This document shows positions 9,733-18,954 of a stretch of DNA of 64,000 nt, in pieces (the stretch's first letter is position 1; the number at the start of each line of letters is the position of its first letter). A program made the position numbers and the translations under genes. This DNA comes from a virus. The notes under the pieces are model-generated. The model worked only from the letters and a program-made list of their open reading frames with translations. It did not search any database and was not told where the DNA came from. The DNA lies in the IMG/VR virus record IMGVR_UViG_3300046333_000090; one strand, given 5' to 3'.

Positions 9733-10326
9733 ATGACTCACATTTCCGAATATCAATCTTATGTAGTTGACAAAAAATTATCTAGTGCCAGTAAAGACTT
9801 GTTTGAATTTATAACTGCAATAGAAACTATTTCTGAATATGATTATGATTTTTTTCCAAAACTAATTTGTGGAGCAATTGGACAATCTAGTGAGTCTGCG
9901 GAATTATTAGAGGAAGTATTAAAAACATATCCAGAAAAACTTGTTGATGAATTAGGGGACGTTTATTATTACTTAAATGTCTCTGCTACAGCATTAGATA
10001 TTAAACTTCTTGAATACACTTCCCGCAATTATGTTGATGTTGTTTATAATGATTCTTTAACTAAATTGCAAATCGTTCAACAAATATCTATTAATGCTGG
10101 TAAATATTTAGATATCGTGAAAAAACTATTATTTCAAGGAAAACCGTATACTCCTATGATCCAATCATCATTAATGGAGTTGTTGATAAAAATTTATCAT
10201 TATATTAATCAATTATCAGAAATTCTAGGTATTACTTTAGAAGATGTGATCAAAGCAAATCGAGATAAATTGGATGCAAGATATAAAAATCAGTTCACTG
10301 TAAATGAGAGTGAAAATAAAAATTAA
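9733..10326 (+). CDS. mazG: MazG-like nucleotide pyrophosphohydrolase
   Basis: ESAELLE, DELGDVYYY and NRDKLDARY; located after gp41 as in cyanomyoviruses. Confidence 0.75.
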   Translation: MTHISEYQSYVVDKKLSSASKDLFEFITAIETISEYDYDFFPKLICGAIGQSSESAELLEEVLKTYPEKLVDELGDVYYYLNVSATALDIKLLEYTSRNYVDVVYNDSLTKLQIVQQISINAGKYLDIVKKLLFQGKPYTPMIQSSLMELLIKIYHYINQLSEILGITLEDVIKANRDKLDARYKNQFTVNESENKN

Positions 10327-10374
10327 TTATTAAATTTAATAATTCACTCACCTAAACAATTAGGTGAGTTTTTT
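10326..10374. terminator. palindrome plus hairpin terminator
   Basis: TATTAAATTTAATA, then ACTCACCTAA-ACAA-TTAGGTGAGT followed by a T-run. Confidence 0.6.
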
Positions 10375-10429
10375 GTATTTAAAAAAATGCGGATAAATAT
10401 GAATATTAAAAGTATTAAATTTAATAATT

Positions 10430-10900
10430 ATGGGGTATATAACTGAATCGACTACTGCGATGAATGTTGCTAAAAAAATAAATCTATCTCATGTAGGTGG
10501 GGGATTTTATTCGAGTAAAAATGGTGATATTACTCATAAAAGTATTGATGGTATGACATTGACACCAATAAAAAAAAATGATATAGCTAAAAATATTGCC
10601 ACTACCAATAGGTTGTCTGTACAAAAGGATGAAACTTTGCCAGATCCATTAGGACAACCTAGTGGTATATCAAATAATAAAATTTTACCAAAGAAGAAAA
10701 AGAAATCATTAGTAGAGTTTATTTGTGAGCAATCATTACCATTATGGTCAGTACGATATCAATTATCCTCCACCGGATCTAGGATACATAATTTTGAAGT
10801 GGAAGCATTAAATCAAAAAGAAGCATTATTGAAAACTCAAGCATTTTTACATAGTGCAAAATTCATTTTTGCTCCTGTGCGAGTTACAAAAAAACTATAA
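10430..10900 (+). CDS. hypothetical late protein (possible internal virion protein)
   Basis: Follows GATAAATA; N-terminus MGYITES. Confidence 0.6.
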   Translation: MGYITESTTAMNVAKKINLSHVGGGFYSSKNGDITHKSIDGMTLTPIKKNDIAKNIATTNRLSVQKDETLPDPLGQPSGISNNKILPKKKKKSLVEFICEQSLPLWSVRYQLSSTGSRIHNFEVEALNQKEALLKTQAFLHSAKFIFAPVRVTKKL

Positions 10901-10903
10901 ATA
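10896..10903 (+). promoter_or_regulatory. T4-type late promoter
   Basis: TATAAATA about 25 nt upstream of ATG10929. Confidence 0.6.
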
Positions 10904-10928
10904 TAACTATAAACATAAATTTAATACA

Positions 10929-13832
10929 ATGACAGATAACGTTTTACTCACTAAACTTTGCTTAGATTATCCTACACACAGTTTACTAAAAGTTCAGAAT
11001 GTATTTAGACTAGCAGAAAATTTATATTCTATTGGTACGGATGACTATTATGATTATATTGATGCGTATACAGAACCCACGGAAAAAAATATTGCAAATA
11101 TTATGTTTGAATCGATTGCTCTCAATGAATCTACGAGAGAGTATATGGGGGTTACTATATATAAAGAAGATGATGGCAAGTATAGTGTACCGGAATTGGG
11201 TATCTATAATGTTGTCGGAAGTAGCAATTTAAAAGATTATATTAAATCAAAATTAATACAGAAAAATACACGAACATTTAGTGAAGAATGTGAAACGGTA
11301 GTGAATAATATCAATTCTTTAGTTGAATTTGACGAAAATCAATTTTTGAATTTTGTATTAAATGAGATGACCGAAAGTGATTATGAAGTATTGGATGGTA
11401 CTAATTTTAAAAATTTTGTATTAATTATTTCAGAAATTATTGATGGTGACTGGGAAGTTCCTCCATCATTGATTATGGAAAATTATATATTTGATGAAGG
11501 TGTGGGGGATTTTATTAAAAAAATTAAAGGCGCAGTAAGTGATGCACATTTGGAATTAGCATATAAATCACCCAATATAGCTAATACGTTAGGGGATGCT
11601 TATACTCGTCATGACAATGCAACAAAGGCATTGAAAGATAAATTAGAAAATATTGGCAGTAAAGTAAAATCTACAACAAATGCTTTGGGGGATGCCTATG
11701 GTCGCCATAGTGCAGCTACAAAGGCTGCTGGGCAAAAAATTAGTGATGCCAAGGATAAAGCTGGACGAATTTATAGCAAAGTAGATAAAATTTTATCCCC
11801 TGCTCCAAGAAGCAGAAAGGATACTGCGGCGGCTAAGGAAAAGGTGTCTAGAGTATATGGTGCAGTGGATAAAGTATTATCTCCTCCGCCAATGAGTAAA
11901 GAGAATAAAGACGCACTTAAACAAAAGGGATCTAATGTTGGTGGCATTTTAGATCGAATGATTCTATCTCCTCGCCCTAGTAAAAAGTCTGTTGTTGCTC
12001 CAACAGAAACAACAACTAAACCTAGAAGTAATGTTCCAGAAAGAGGTAGAATTGCGAATGATATATTAGATAAGTTAAAAACTGACGGAGATGCAGAGAA
12101 AGCTGAAAACAAAATAGTTGCTAGATATAAACCTAAAAAAATAAGTGCCGCAGAAAGAGAAGCAGCATTAGAAAAAAAATACGATGAAGTGATGAAAGAG
12201 GACTTTGATACTCAATTAGAATTCATTAAAGATTGGTTATACGAAAATGAGATCTTTGATAATTTGGAAGATATTGACAATTATATTTTGGAAGATATGA
12301 CTAGTGAAGAATATGCTACTATTATTAGTGAAATATCTGATGAAGATGGCGATCATGAAGAGGAACTTAAATCTCTTACCAAAGAAGCCAGAAGTTCCAA
12401 ACTTAAAAAGACTGGTGCCAAGATGTCACCAAAAGAAAGACGCAATATTACGGACACTAATACTGCGTTGGATACTGCTGTAAAATTTGGTACACGATAT
12501 CCAAATAATTATATTGGTAATACTGGGGGCAAAAGTAATAGATTTATGACTATTGCCCAAAGACTGGATGCTGGTATAGATAGTGGTATAGATAAATTAT
12601 CTAAAATTAATAGAGACAATAATCCTTATTATGGGGGAGATATATATGGTAGTGTTACTCCACCAAAACCATTAGATATCAAAAAAAATAATAGTGCTTT
12701 TAGACAAAATGGTGGAATATTAGCTACTGCATCTGAGACATCACCATCTTCTACAAGAACAAAAAAAATAAGAAAATCGGAAAGTATAGTAGAACCATAT
12801 CGTTCACGTAGTACTAATGGTGGTACAAATACTCCCACTCAAGATCGAATGGGAGGTAAAAGTTCTGTACCACAAATTGACGATAAACCATTAGCTAAAC
12901 CATTAGGTAGAGCAATACCTGGGAATCAACATTCTCTTATACCTACACCTAGAACTTCGGCATCTTCTAATTCTTCCAAAACATATACACCAATTATTCC
13001 TCATGTGCGGGGTCAAGTAACTGATAGAAATAGAAATACTACATATTCTGACAAGGGGGCAATGTTTAAAGACACTGCTTCTTTAAGATCATCTGAACTC
13101 AGTAGAGATGCTGCGTATCGTGGCGCACTTACTTCTACAAAAATGATTTCTGATCCTAATAACGATGGTAGATTTAAAGATAAATATACACACAAAACCC
13201 CTCATATTGCGGGACAATTGACTAATACCAGAACTGGTATCACTACATATAATGATGATGGACAAGGATTTGCCGATTCTTTAAAGAATAGTTTAGGTAA
13301 AGCTAAAGTTAAACCGTCCTCACTAATATCCACAATTGGCAAAAAATCTAAATCTATAGCAAAAAATGTTATTGGGGGCATTAAGCGCAAACTATATGGA
13401 GAAGAGTTGGCAGAATCAGATATTAAAAACTTTATTACAGAAGAAGAGTTTTTAGAGATTACTGAGTATCTAGTTGAATATGATATTTTTGAAGACGATC
13501 AAGAATTAGAATACTTCTTATTAGAGAAATTAGATTGGGAACTATTAGACATAATTCACGAAAATATTGAAAATGATGCAATTAAACTTATCATAGAGTG
13601 CTTATGTGATGAAGAAACATCAGAACAAACATATTTGGTATTGGAAAGTTTGATTGGCGAAGATATCGATATTTTGATTGAAGAAGCATCAACAATGGTA
13701 GCTAGTGATGTGAATGAATCACCAATGCCAATGAAATTAGCAGATTGTAGTTGTGGCAAATTTGGTTGTAAATCTTGTTCCAAGAGTTCTTGGAAAAGTA
13801 AAGTTTATGATAAAATGAAGGAGGATAAATGA
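10929..13832 (+). CDS. large virion/internal-head-like protein with alternating acidic and basic blocks
   Basis: Has a late promoter. Repeated acidic modules (F..I.E.L.E..IF....L..Y.LE) separate K/R-rich regions. Confidence 0.65.
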   Translation: MTDNVLLTKLCLDYPTHSLLKVQNVFRLAENLYSIGTDDYYDYIDAYTEPTEKNIANIMFESIALNESTREYMGVTIYKEDDGKYSVPELGIYNVVGSSNLKDYIKSKLIQKNTRTFSEECETVVNNINSLVEFDENQFLNFVLNEMTESDYEVLDGTNFKNFVLIISEIIDGDWEVPPSLIMENYIFDEGVGDFIKKIKGAVSDAHLELAYKSPNIANTLGDAYTRHDNATKALKDKLENIGSKVKSTTNALGDAYGRHSAATKAAGQKISDAKDKAGRIYSKVDKILSPAPRSRKDTAAAKEKVSRVYGAVDKVLSPPPMSKENKDALKQKGSNVGGILDRMILSPRPSKKSVVAPTETTTKPRSNVPERGRIANDILDKLKTDGDAEKAENKIVARYKPKKISAAEREAALEKKYDEVMKEDFDTQLEFIKDWLYENEIFDNLEDIDNYILEDMTSEEYATIISEISDEDGDHEEELKSLTKEARSSKLKKTGAKMSPKERRNITDTNTALDTAVKFGTRYPNNYIGNTGGKSNRFMTIAQRLDAGIDSGIDKLSKINRDNNPYYGGDIYGSVTPPKPLDIKKNNSAFRQNGGILATASETSPSSTRTKKIRKSESIVEPYRSRSTNGGTNTPTQDRMGGKSSVPQIDDKPLAKPLGRAIPGNQHSLIPTPRTSASSNSSKTYTPIIPHVRGQVTDRNRNTTYSDKGAMFKDTASLRSSELSRDAAYRGALTSTKMISDPNNDGRFKDKYTHKTPHIAGQLTNTRTGITTYNDDGQGFADSLKNSLGKAKVKPSSLISTIGKKSKSIAKNVIGGIKRKLYGEELAESDIKNFITEEEFLEITEYLVEYDIFEDDQELEYFLLEKLDWELLDIIHENIENDAIKLIIECLCDEETSEQTYLVLESLIGEDIDILIEEASTMVASDVNESPMPMKLADCSCGKFGCKSCSKSSWKSKVYDKMKEDK

Positions 13833-14020
13833 GATATCTGAAGGAAGCTAATGTAATGAAATCTGGTGAAGTGTATATGACTCATATCTCCCCAAATAAA
13901 CCTATTGCTCCAAAATTGATAGATTTAATAAATAAGAAGTTGGAATTATCTGATAACGATTTAGGTTCAGATGACGATTGGGGGAAACTACACCACCGGA
14001 TGCTCCTGAACCTACTATGA
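13829..14020 (+). CDS. N-terminal part of a probable frameshifted virion protein
   Basis: Starts MRYLKEA, overlapping the upstream stop, and meets the next ORF at a G5 run. Confidence 0.5.
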   Translation: MRYLKEANVMKSGEVYMTHISPNKPIAPKLIDLINKKLELSDNDLGSDDDWGKLHHRMLLNLL

Positions 14021-15498
14021 ATAATAATTTGTTACCAATTCGCAAAAAAATCAAATCACAAACTAAAATATCTGAACAATATATGGGATATATAAATGAA
14101 GCAAACCAACGGACTTCTCGAAATTCCAAGAAACCATCATTGGTTGATTTGACTACAGAACCAGCACAACCTGGGGATCGCCGTATGAAGCGGGAAAATT
14201 ATATGACAAGTGGTGTTGATAATACTACACGTCCTGTGGCTAAGACATTGGTTCAGGCAATTTCTACTAAATTGAATATTAAACCATATGGCACCCCTCC
14301 TGTGTCACCAGATGAAGATATAGAAGCAAAAGATCATTGGGGCAAAGAAATAAATACTCCTGAATTAAGATTTCAAAAAAAAGTCTCAAACGAAGATCCT
14401 TGGGAAACTCCTATAGAGAGAGCAGTAGCTATAAAAAATAATGTTAATACTAGACGAGTAAAAAGTGTATTATCTACTATTAAATCACCCCCCCCATCAA
14501 AATCAGAAATCCCTAGATTTACCACATCGGATTGGAAACCTAGAGGCGAAATAAAAAAGATTGTTCTTCCGGATGAATGGAATAATACTTATACCAAAAA
14601 AGATGCTGATAATTATGATCTAAAACAGCGAACAAAAGGAAGACAAACATATAATGAAATTAGACAAAAAATTAATAAAGAAACTAAAGCAAATATAAAT
14701 AATCATGAACAATCTGTTATGAATGGTAAAATTCAAAAAAATATGCAATCTTACGCAGATTATGCTGAACAAAGAAAATTTATACCAGGAAAACCAAAAC
14801 CTTTGCTTGGTGCTAATTTTACAACAATAAAAAAAGATGGCACCCCTGGGAAAACTCTTTTCCCATCATTATATAAAGTTAAATCTAAAAAATCATTGAA
14901 AGAGTTTGTGATGGAGACGATTAACTCCCCAGACCCCAATAAAGTTAGAGCAGATTTGAGAAACAGAAATGCAAAAATTAATAATCCACTATTTAGAGCA
15001 AAAAATGCTGTTAGTGGTGGGGTTAATGCTGTTAGTGGTGGAGTTAATGCGGTGAGGAATGCTGTTAGTCCAACTAGAAATATTATTCCCAATAAAGCAA
15101 CAGTGGGTACAGGCAATATAATTGCAGGAAGAGAATATACTAATAAAAAAACAGATTGGCGGAGTGGAAATGACCCCTATTACTATAATCAAGATAAAGT
15201 AAATGCACGAATAAATACCGCGTATGCACCAAATTCATATAATCAAACATGGAATAATAGTAATTTATTAAACGGAGATAATCTACAAAGACAAACTAAT
15301 CAATCTAATCTAAAAAAAGAACAGGATAAAGCAAAAGCAGCACGAATGGCGCAACGTAGTGAATATTATCAAAACACTTTGAAACCAGCGATTACACGAA
15401 CTGCTTCTAATATTGCCAGAAAAGCAATGAGTCGCAATTATTGGCGTAAAGACATTAAACCAGCATTAAACACTATAGCCGACGCTTTTAGACGTTAA
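13978..15498 (+). CDS. basic virion/internal protein (probably continuous with 13829)
   Basis: K/N/R-rich, with internal (I/L)xE motifs (ISE, INE, LKE) and a short AVSGGVN repeat. Confidence 0.6.
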   Translation: MGETTPPDAPEPTMNNNLLPIRKKIKSQTKISEQYMGYINEANQRTSRNSKKPSLVDLTTEPAQPGDRRMKRENYMTSGVDNTTRPVAKTLVQAISTKLNIKPYGTPPVSPDEDIEAKDHWGKEINTPELRFQKKVSNEDPWETPIERAVAIKNNVNTRRVKSVLSTIKSPPPSKSEIPRFTTSDWKPRGEIKKIVLPDEWNNTYTKKDADNYDLKQRTKGRQTYNEIRQKINKETKANINNHEQSVMNGKIQKNMQSYADYAEQRKFIPGKPKPLLGANFTTIKKDGTPGKTLFPSLYKVKSKKSLKEFVMETINSPDPNKVRADLRNRNAKINNPLFRAKNAVSGGVNAVSGGVNAVRNAVSPTRNIIPNKATVGTGNIIAGREYTNKKTDWRSGNDPYYYNQDKVNARINTAYAPNSYNQTWNNSNLLNGDNLQRQTNQSNLKKEQDKAKAARMAQRSEYYQNTLKPAITRTASNIARKAMSRNYWRKDIKPALNTIADAFRR

Positions 15499-15502
15499 AA
15501 CT

Positions 15503-15679
15503 ATGACTATTACTGCAATCCTTTTATTAGTTGAAGTATTTTGGGCAGCCAATGGCGTATATGTAATGGCTATTTTATTTGCCGTTAGTGAGATATTAGC
15601 AATGGTGCCAAAAGTGAAGGAGAATTCCATGTTGGAATTTTTATTAAAGTTTATAATGTTAGTATCAAGAAAAGGATAA
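15503..15679 (+). CDS. small membrane protein, holin-like (58 aa)
   Basis: MTITAILLLVEVFWAANGVYVMAILFAVSEILAMVPKVKENSMLEFLLKFIMLVSRKG fills the gap between neighbouring genes. Confidence 0.6.
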   Translation: MTITAILLLVEVFWAANGVYVMAILFAVSEILAMVPKVKENSMLEFLLKFIMLVSRKG

Positions 15680-15680
15680 C

Positions 15681-16208
15681 ATGGGATTACCATTACACAA
15701 GATAAGTTCTATAAAATTGACAGACAATTCTAAAATTGTTGAAGATTTTAGTAGTGATGCGAATATTAGTGCAGGAGATATATTGAGTATTATGGGAGTA
15801 GATTATCAAATTGAAAAAATTGATGGTGACGACAAATTAATTTTGTATAAACCATATGTAGCGATTGGAGAACTAGTATCAGACCAATTAACGATAAAGA
15901 TTTTACCTGGATATATAAAAAATCAGGTAAAACAATATGGTGAATTGGTATTGTTTACATTAGAAGATATGACACTAGATGCCACTAAAGGAATGGGAAT
16001 TAAAACTCCTGGGTGGTGGTATATAAATAAATATGTGTCGAAAGGTATTACACGATATCGGAATGAATTGTTAGTAGCAGTCAATCTTAATGATGAAATA
16101 GTTCCGGTTATGGAACCTATTAAACCTATTGAAATAGTTCCGGTTATGGAACCTATTAAACCTGTTAAATCTACTAAATCTGATGTCAACGTATCTACCA
16201 AAAAATAG
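15681..16208 (+). CDS. putative virion structural protein
   Basis: GIKTPGWW...RYRNELLVAV motif typical of T4-like cyanophage structural proteins. Confidence 0.6.
   Translation: MGLPLHKISSIKLTDNSKIVEDFSSDANISAGDILSIMGVDYQIEKIDGDDKLILYKPYVAIGELVSDQLTIKILPGYIKNQVKQYGELVLFTLEDMTLDATKGMGIKTPGWWYINKYVSKGITRYRNELLVAVNLNDEIVPVMEPIKPIEIVPVMEPIKPVKSTKSDVNVSTKK
16095..16166 (+). repeat. 36-bp in-frame tandem duplication (EIVPVMEPIKP)
   Basis: GAAATAGTTCCGGTTATGGAACCTATTAAACCT occurs twice. Confidence 0.9.
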
Positions 16209-16483
16209 TGTCCCCATTAAATGAAAATAATCTGATTATATATGCGTTAGAGAACTATCTATTAAAAGAGTCTGCTAATCGAACAATTTTTTTAGCAGAC
16301 TTCGGCTTAATAAGAACATTTTCTAAGTATCTTGATAAAAATATTGAAAATCGTCCAGAGTTAGTGTATAATAGAATGATGATCTTATTTAATTTATTTG
16401 AATATGATGCAATAATAATTATATTAAAATATATATTGGGGGATAAATATATATTAATATCAACATATATCAGAAATGTTTAA
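16208..16483 (+). CDS. conserved T4-like hypothetical protein
   Basis: LNENNLIIYALENY...LFNLF pattern. Confidence 0.65.
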   Translation: MSPLNENNLIIYALENYLLKESANRTIFLADFGLIRTFSKYLDKNIENRPELVYNRMMILFNLFEYDAIIIILKYILGDKYILISTYIRNV

Positions 16484-16934
16484 TAATAATAATAGAGATA
16501 ATAGAGTAGACTTTATAGAACAAAAGCTGGCATTTTTTGAGGGGTTGTCAAAGGAAATGTCCGTAGAATTTAAAAAAGTTATTGAAAAATTAGTAGAGAA
16601 CAACGCACAAGTTGCTACTCTCGTAACAAAACAAGATCTCAGAATTAATACCTTAGACATTAATGCTCAAACTATTGCATCAGATCTAAAAGATATTTCT
16701 CAAAAAATTGATGCTCAGAATTTGAAACAAGATAATAATATATCTATGATTCATATTAATATGACCGATATGAATAATAAATTGGTTGAGTTGTACAATT
16801 TTCGTACAATTGTCACTTGGTCTGTCACCGCATTAGTGTTTTTTTTAGGGATAGCTGCATCTGCTGGATGGCTATCCCCAGAAAAACTATCTACTCCCAA
16901 ACCACAAATACAAGAACAAACAAAAGTAAATTGA
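16476..16934 (+). CDS. coiled-coil protein with C-terminal transmembrane helix
   Basis: Heptad-rich region followed by IVTWSVTALVFFLGIAASAGW. Confidence 0.65.
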   Translation: MFNNNNRDNRVDFIEQKLAFFEGLSKEMSVEFKKVIEKLVENNAQVATLVTKQDLRINTLDINAQTIASDLKDISQKIDAQNLKQDNNISMIHINMTDMNNKLVELYNFRTIVTWSVTALVFFLGIAASAGWLSPEKLSTPKPQIQEQTKVN

Positions 16935-16935
16935 G

Positions 16936-17904
16936 ATGGATATAATAAGCGATTTGTCTTTAGTATTGGATAAATTCAAAAAAACTGGAGAATCTTATAC
17001 ATTTAGGTGTCCTATTTGTGGAGATAGCAACAAAAATAAGTACATCACTAGAGGCTACCTATTTCTGTCTAAAGAGCGGACTTATATCTACAAGTGCCAC
17101 AACTGCGGAGTGTGTAAGTCTTTAAATAATTTTTTGAAAGACTCATTTCCTGATTTATATCACAAATATCTGTACAGCAATTATACATCTCAACCTGAAA
17201 CTAAAAGGATAGTTACCTTTAAGTCTCCTAATAGAATATATCGACCCATCATCTTTGAAGAATTACCCACTATATCAGAACTTCATAAGAATCACGCTGC
17301 CAAGTTATATTTGCAACATCGCAAAGTACCAGAAGCATTTCTCAGAAATGCTTATTACACAGAGAATTGGAAAAAATTCGCAAATCAGTATAAGCACACT
17401 TATAATAATATAGATAAGGAGGAATCAAGGATTGTTATACCGTTGATCATAAATGATCAGGCAGTAGGGTTTCAAGCGAGACTGTTGGGAGTATCCGTGG
17501 GAATTAGGTACATCACAATCATGCTGGCGGACGCTCCTAAGATATACGGTCATGATCTAATTGATTGGAATAAGCCAGTATATGTTGTGGAGGGCGTGTA
17601 CGATTCACTTTTTGTCCCAAATTGTATCGCAATGCTAGGTTCTAGCATAGATTTAGATTTTCTGAATTCCAAATCCAACACTAAATTTGTATTTCTGTAT
17701 GACAATGAACCATATAATACACAGATTGTTAATCAAATGAAGAAAGTAGTGGATTTGGGGCATTCAGTTTGCATTTGGGACAAATCCTACAAAGAAAAAG
17801 ACATTAATGATTGCCTCATTAATGGTACTGACATTAATCCTGTTATAAATAATGATTATTCTGGCACGAGAGCGAAATTAGAAATTAGTAATTTTATTAA
17901 ATAA
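16936..17904 (+). CDS. 61: DNA primase (T4 gp61)
   Basis: Zn finger FRCPICGDS/YKCHNCG; TOPRIM motifs VVEGVYDS, YDNEP and KDINDC. Confidence 0.95.
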   Translation: MDIISDLSLVLDKFKKTGESYTFRCPICGDSNKNKYITRGYLFLSKERTYIYKCHNCGVCKSLNNFLKDSFPDLYHKYLYSNYTSQPETKRIVTFKSPNRIYRPIIFEELPTISELHKNHAAKLYLQHRKVPEAFLRNAYYTENWKKFANQYKHTYNNIDKEESRIVIPLIINDQAVGFQARLLGVSVGIRYITIMLADAPKIYGHDLIDWNKPVYVVEGVYDSLFVPNCIAMLGSSIDLDFLNSKSNTKFVFLYDNEPYNTQIVNQMKKVVDLGHSVCIWDKSYKEKDINDCLINGTDINPVINNDYSGTRAKLEISNFIK

Positions 17905-18432
17905 TTGTGTTATAATGATGTTGTAATTAATATCACTAGTAGATTTGATATAAGGACAAATGGGCAAAATGTAAAAATCTATGAACTAGTATATGGAGAA
18001 AAGACTAATCAAAACTATGTACTCAATCATTTAGATGACAATCCTAATAATAATAAGCTATGTAATCTAGAATTAGTCACTAATTGGTTCAACTCATCAA
18101 TACAGAAGAAGTCATCTGGACTAGATATTGGTATAAACTATAATCGTGATAATCGTGTTGGCAGTTATCAAACAAAAATTGCTATGCCAAGAGTAAATGG
18201 TAAGAGAATAACTTTTGGTTCACAATCTATTGATTATCTACAAAACTTACATTTCCAATTTGGAGTAAAGTCAGGATTAGTGTCTTCTGAACGATACTTA
18301 CAAGAAGTACCTAATTGGTTGCCAGATCTAACTATCCAATTCAAACCAGAACATCAGATCAAACTAGAACTACTAATTGAAGCACACATAGAGAATCAAC
18401 TTACTTGGGATAAGCCGATTAGGTTGGCATAA
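17905..18432 (+). CDS. HNH endonuclease family copy (5'-shortened; true start uncertain)
   Basis: NHLDDNPNNNKLCNLELVT; the C-terminus is closely similar to 49354-50049 (LQNLHFQFGVKSGLVS...LTWDKPI). Confidence 0.75.
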   Translation: MCYNDVVINITSRFDIRTNGQNVKIYELVYGEKTNQNYVLNHLDDNPNNNKLCNLELVTNWFNSSIQKKSSGLDIGINYNRDNRVGSYQTKIAMPRVNGKRITFGSQSIDYLQNLHFQFGVKSGLVSSERYLQEVPNWLPDLTIQFKPEHQIKLELLIEAHIENQLTWDKPIRLA

Positions 18433-18481
18433 TCTCACTAAGTCTGTTATAATAAAAAGGAACAAAGCATTACGACACAAA

Positions 18482-18850
18482 ATGAAATCGTTAGATCCAA
18501 TTTTCAGCTTTTCCGATCATCCGTCATTAAAAGGCGACCCACGCAGCACGTTATATTGTTGCCCTGATAGAAATAACCATATTAAATTCTACTATGCCAA
18601 CTATGAAGAATTAGTAGAAATCGGATTGAGTAGTTTAGCTTATTGTAACATGGGCGAACCGTATCGAGTACTAGCCAGACTATATTTTATTAAATTTAAT
18701 AATTGTCACAAAGAAACTATTAATATCTCAATGGAAGATGCAGTACGACTATACAAATATTTGCAAAAAATTAATATGATGGTATTAGTATCTAAAGATT
18801 TATTAACTGACAACACTTTTAAAAAATATTTAGAAGTATACGAAGATTAA
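18482..18850 (+). CDS. hypothetical protein
   Basis: Clean ORF with an upstream TGTTATAAT and AAAGGA. Confidence 0.6.
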   Translation: MKSLDPIFSFSDHPSLKGDPRSTLYCCPDRNNHIKFYYANYEELVEIGLSSLAYCNMGEPYRVLARLYFIKFNNCHKETINISMEDAVRLYKYLQKINMMVLVSKDLLTDNTFKKYLEVYED

Positions 18851-18954
18851 TTTTTAATTAAATACTTTATATTATTAAGATGATTCACTTTGATTATACA
18901 ATCATCAGAAGACTAAATTTTTGATTAAATATTAACCCACAACAGTAAAAAATA

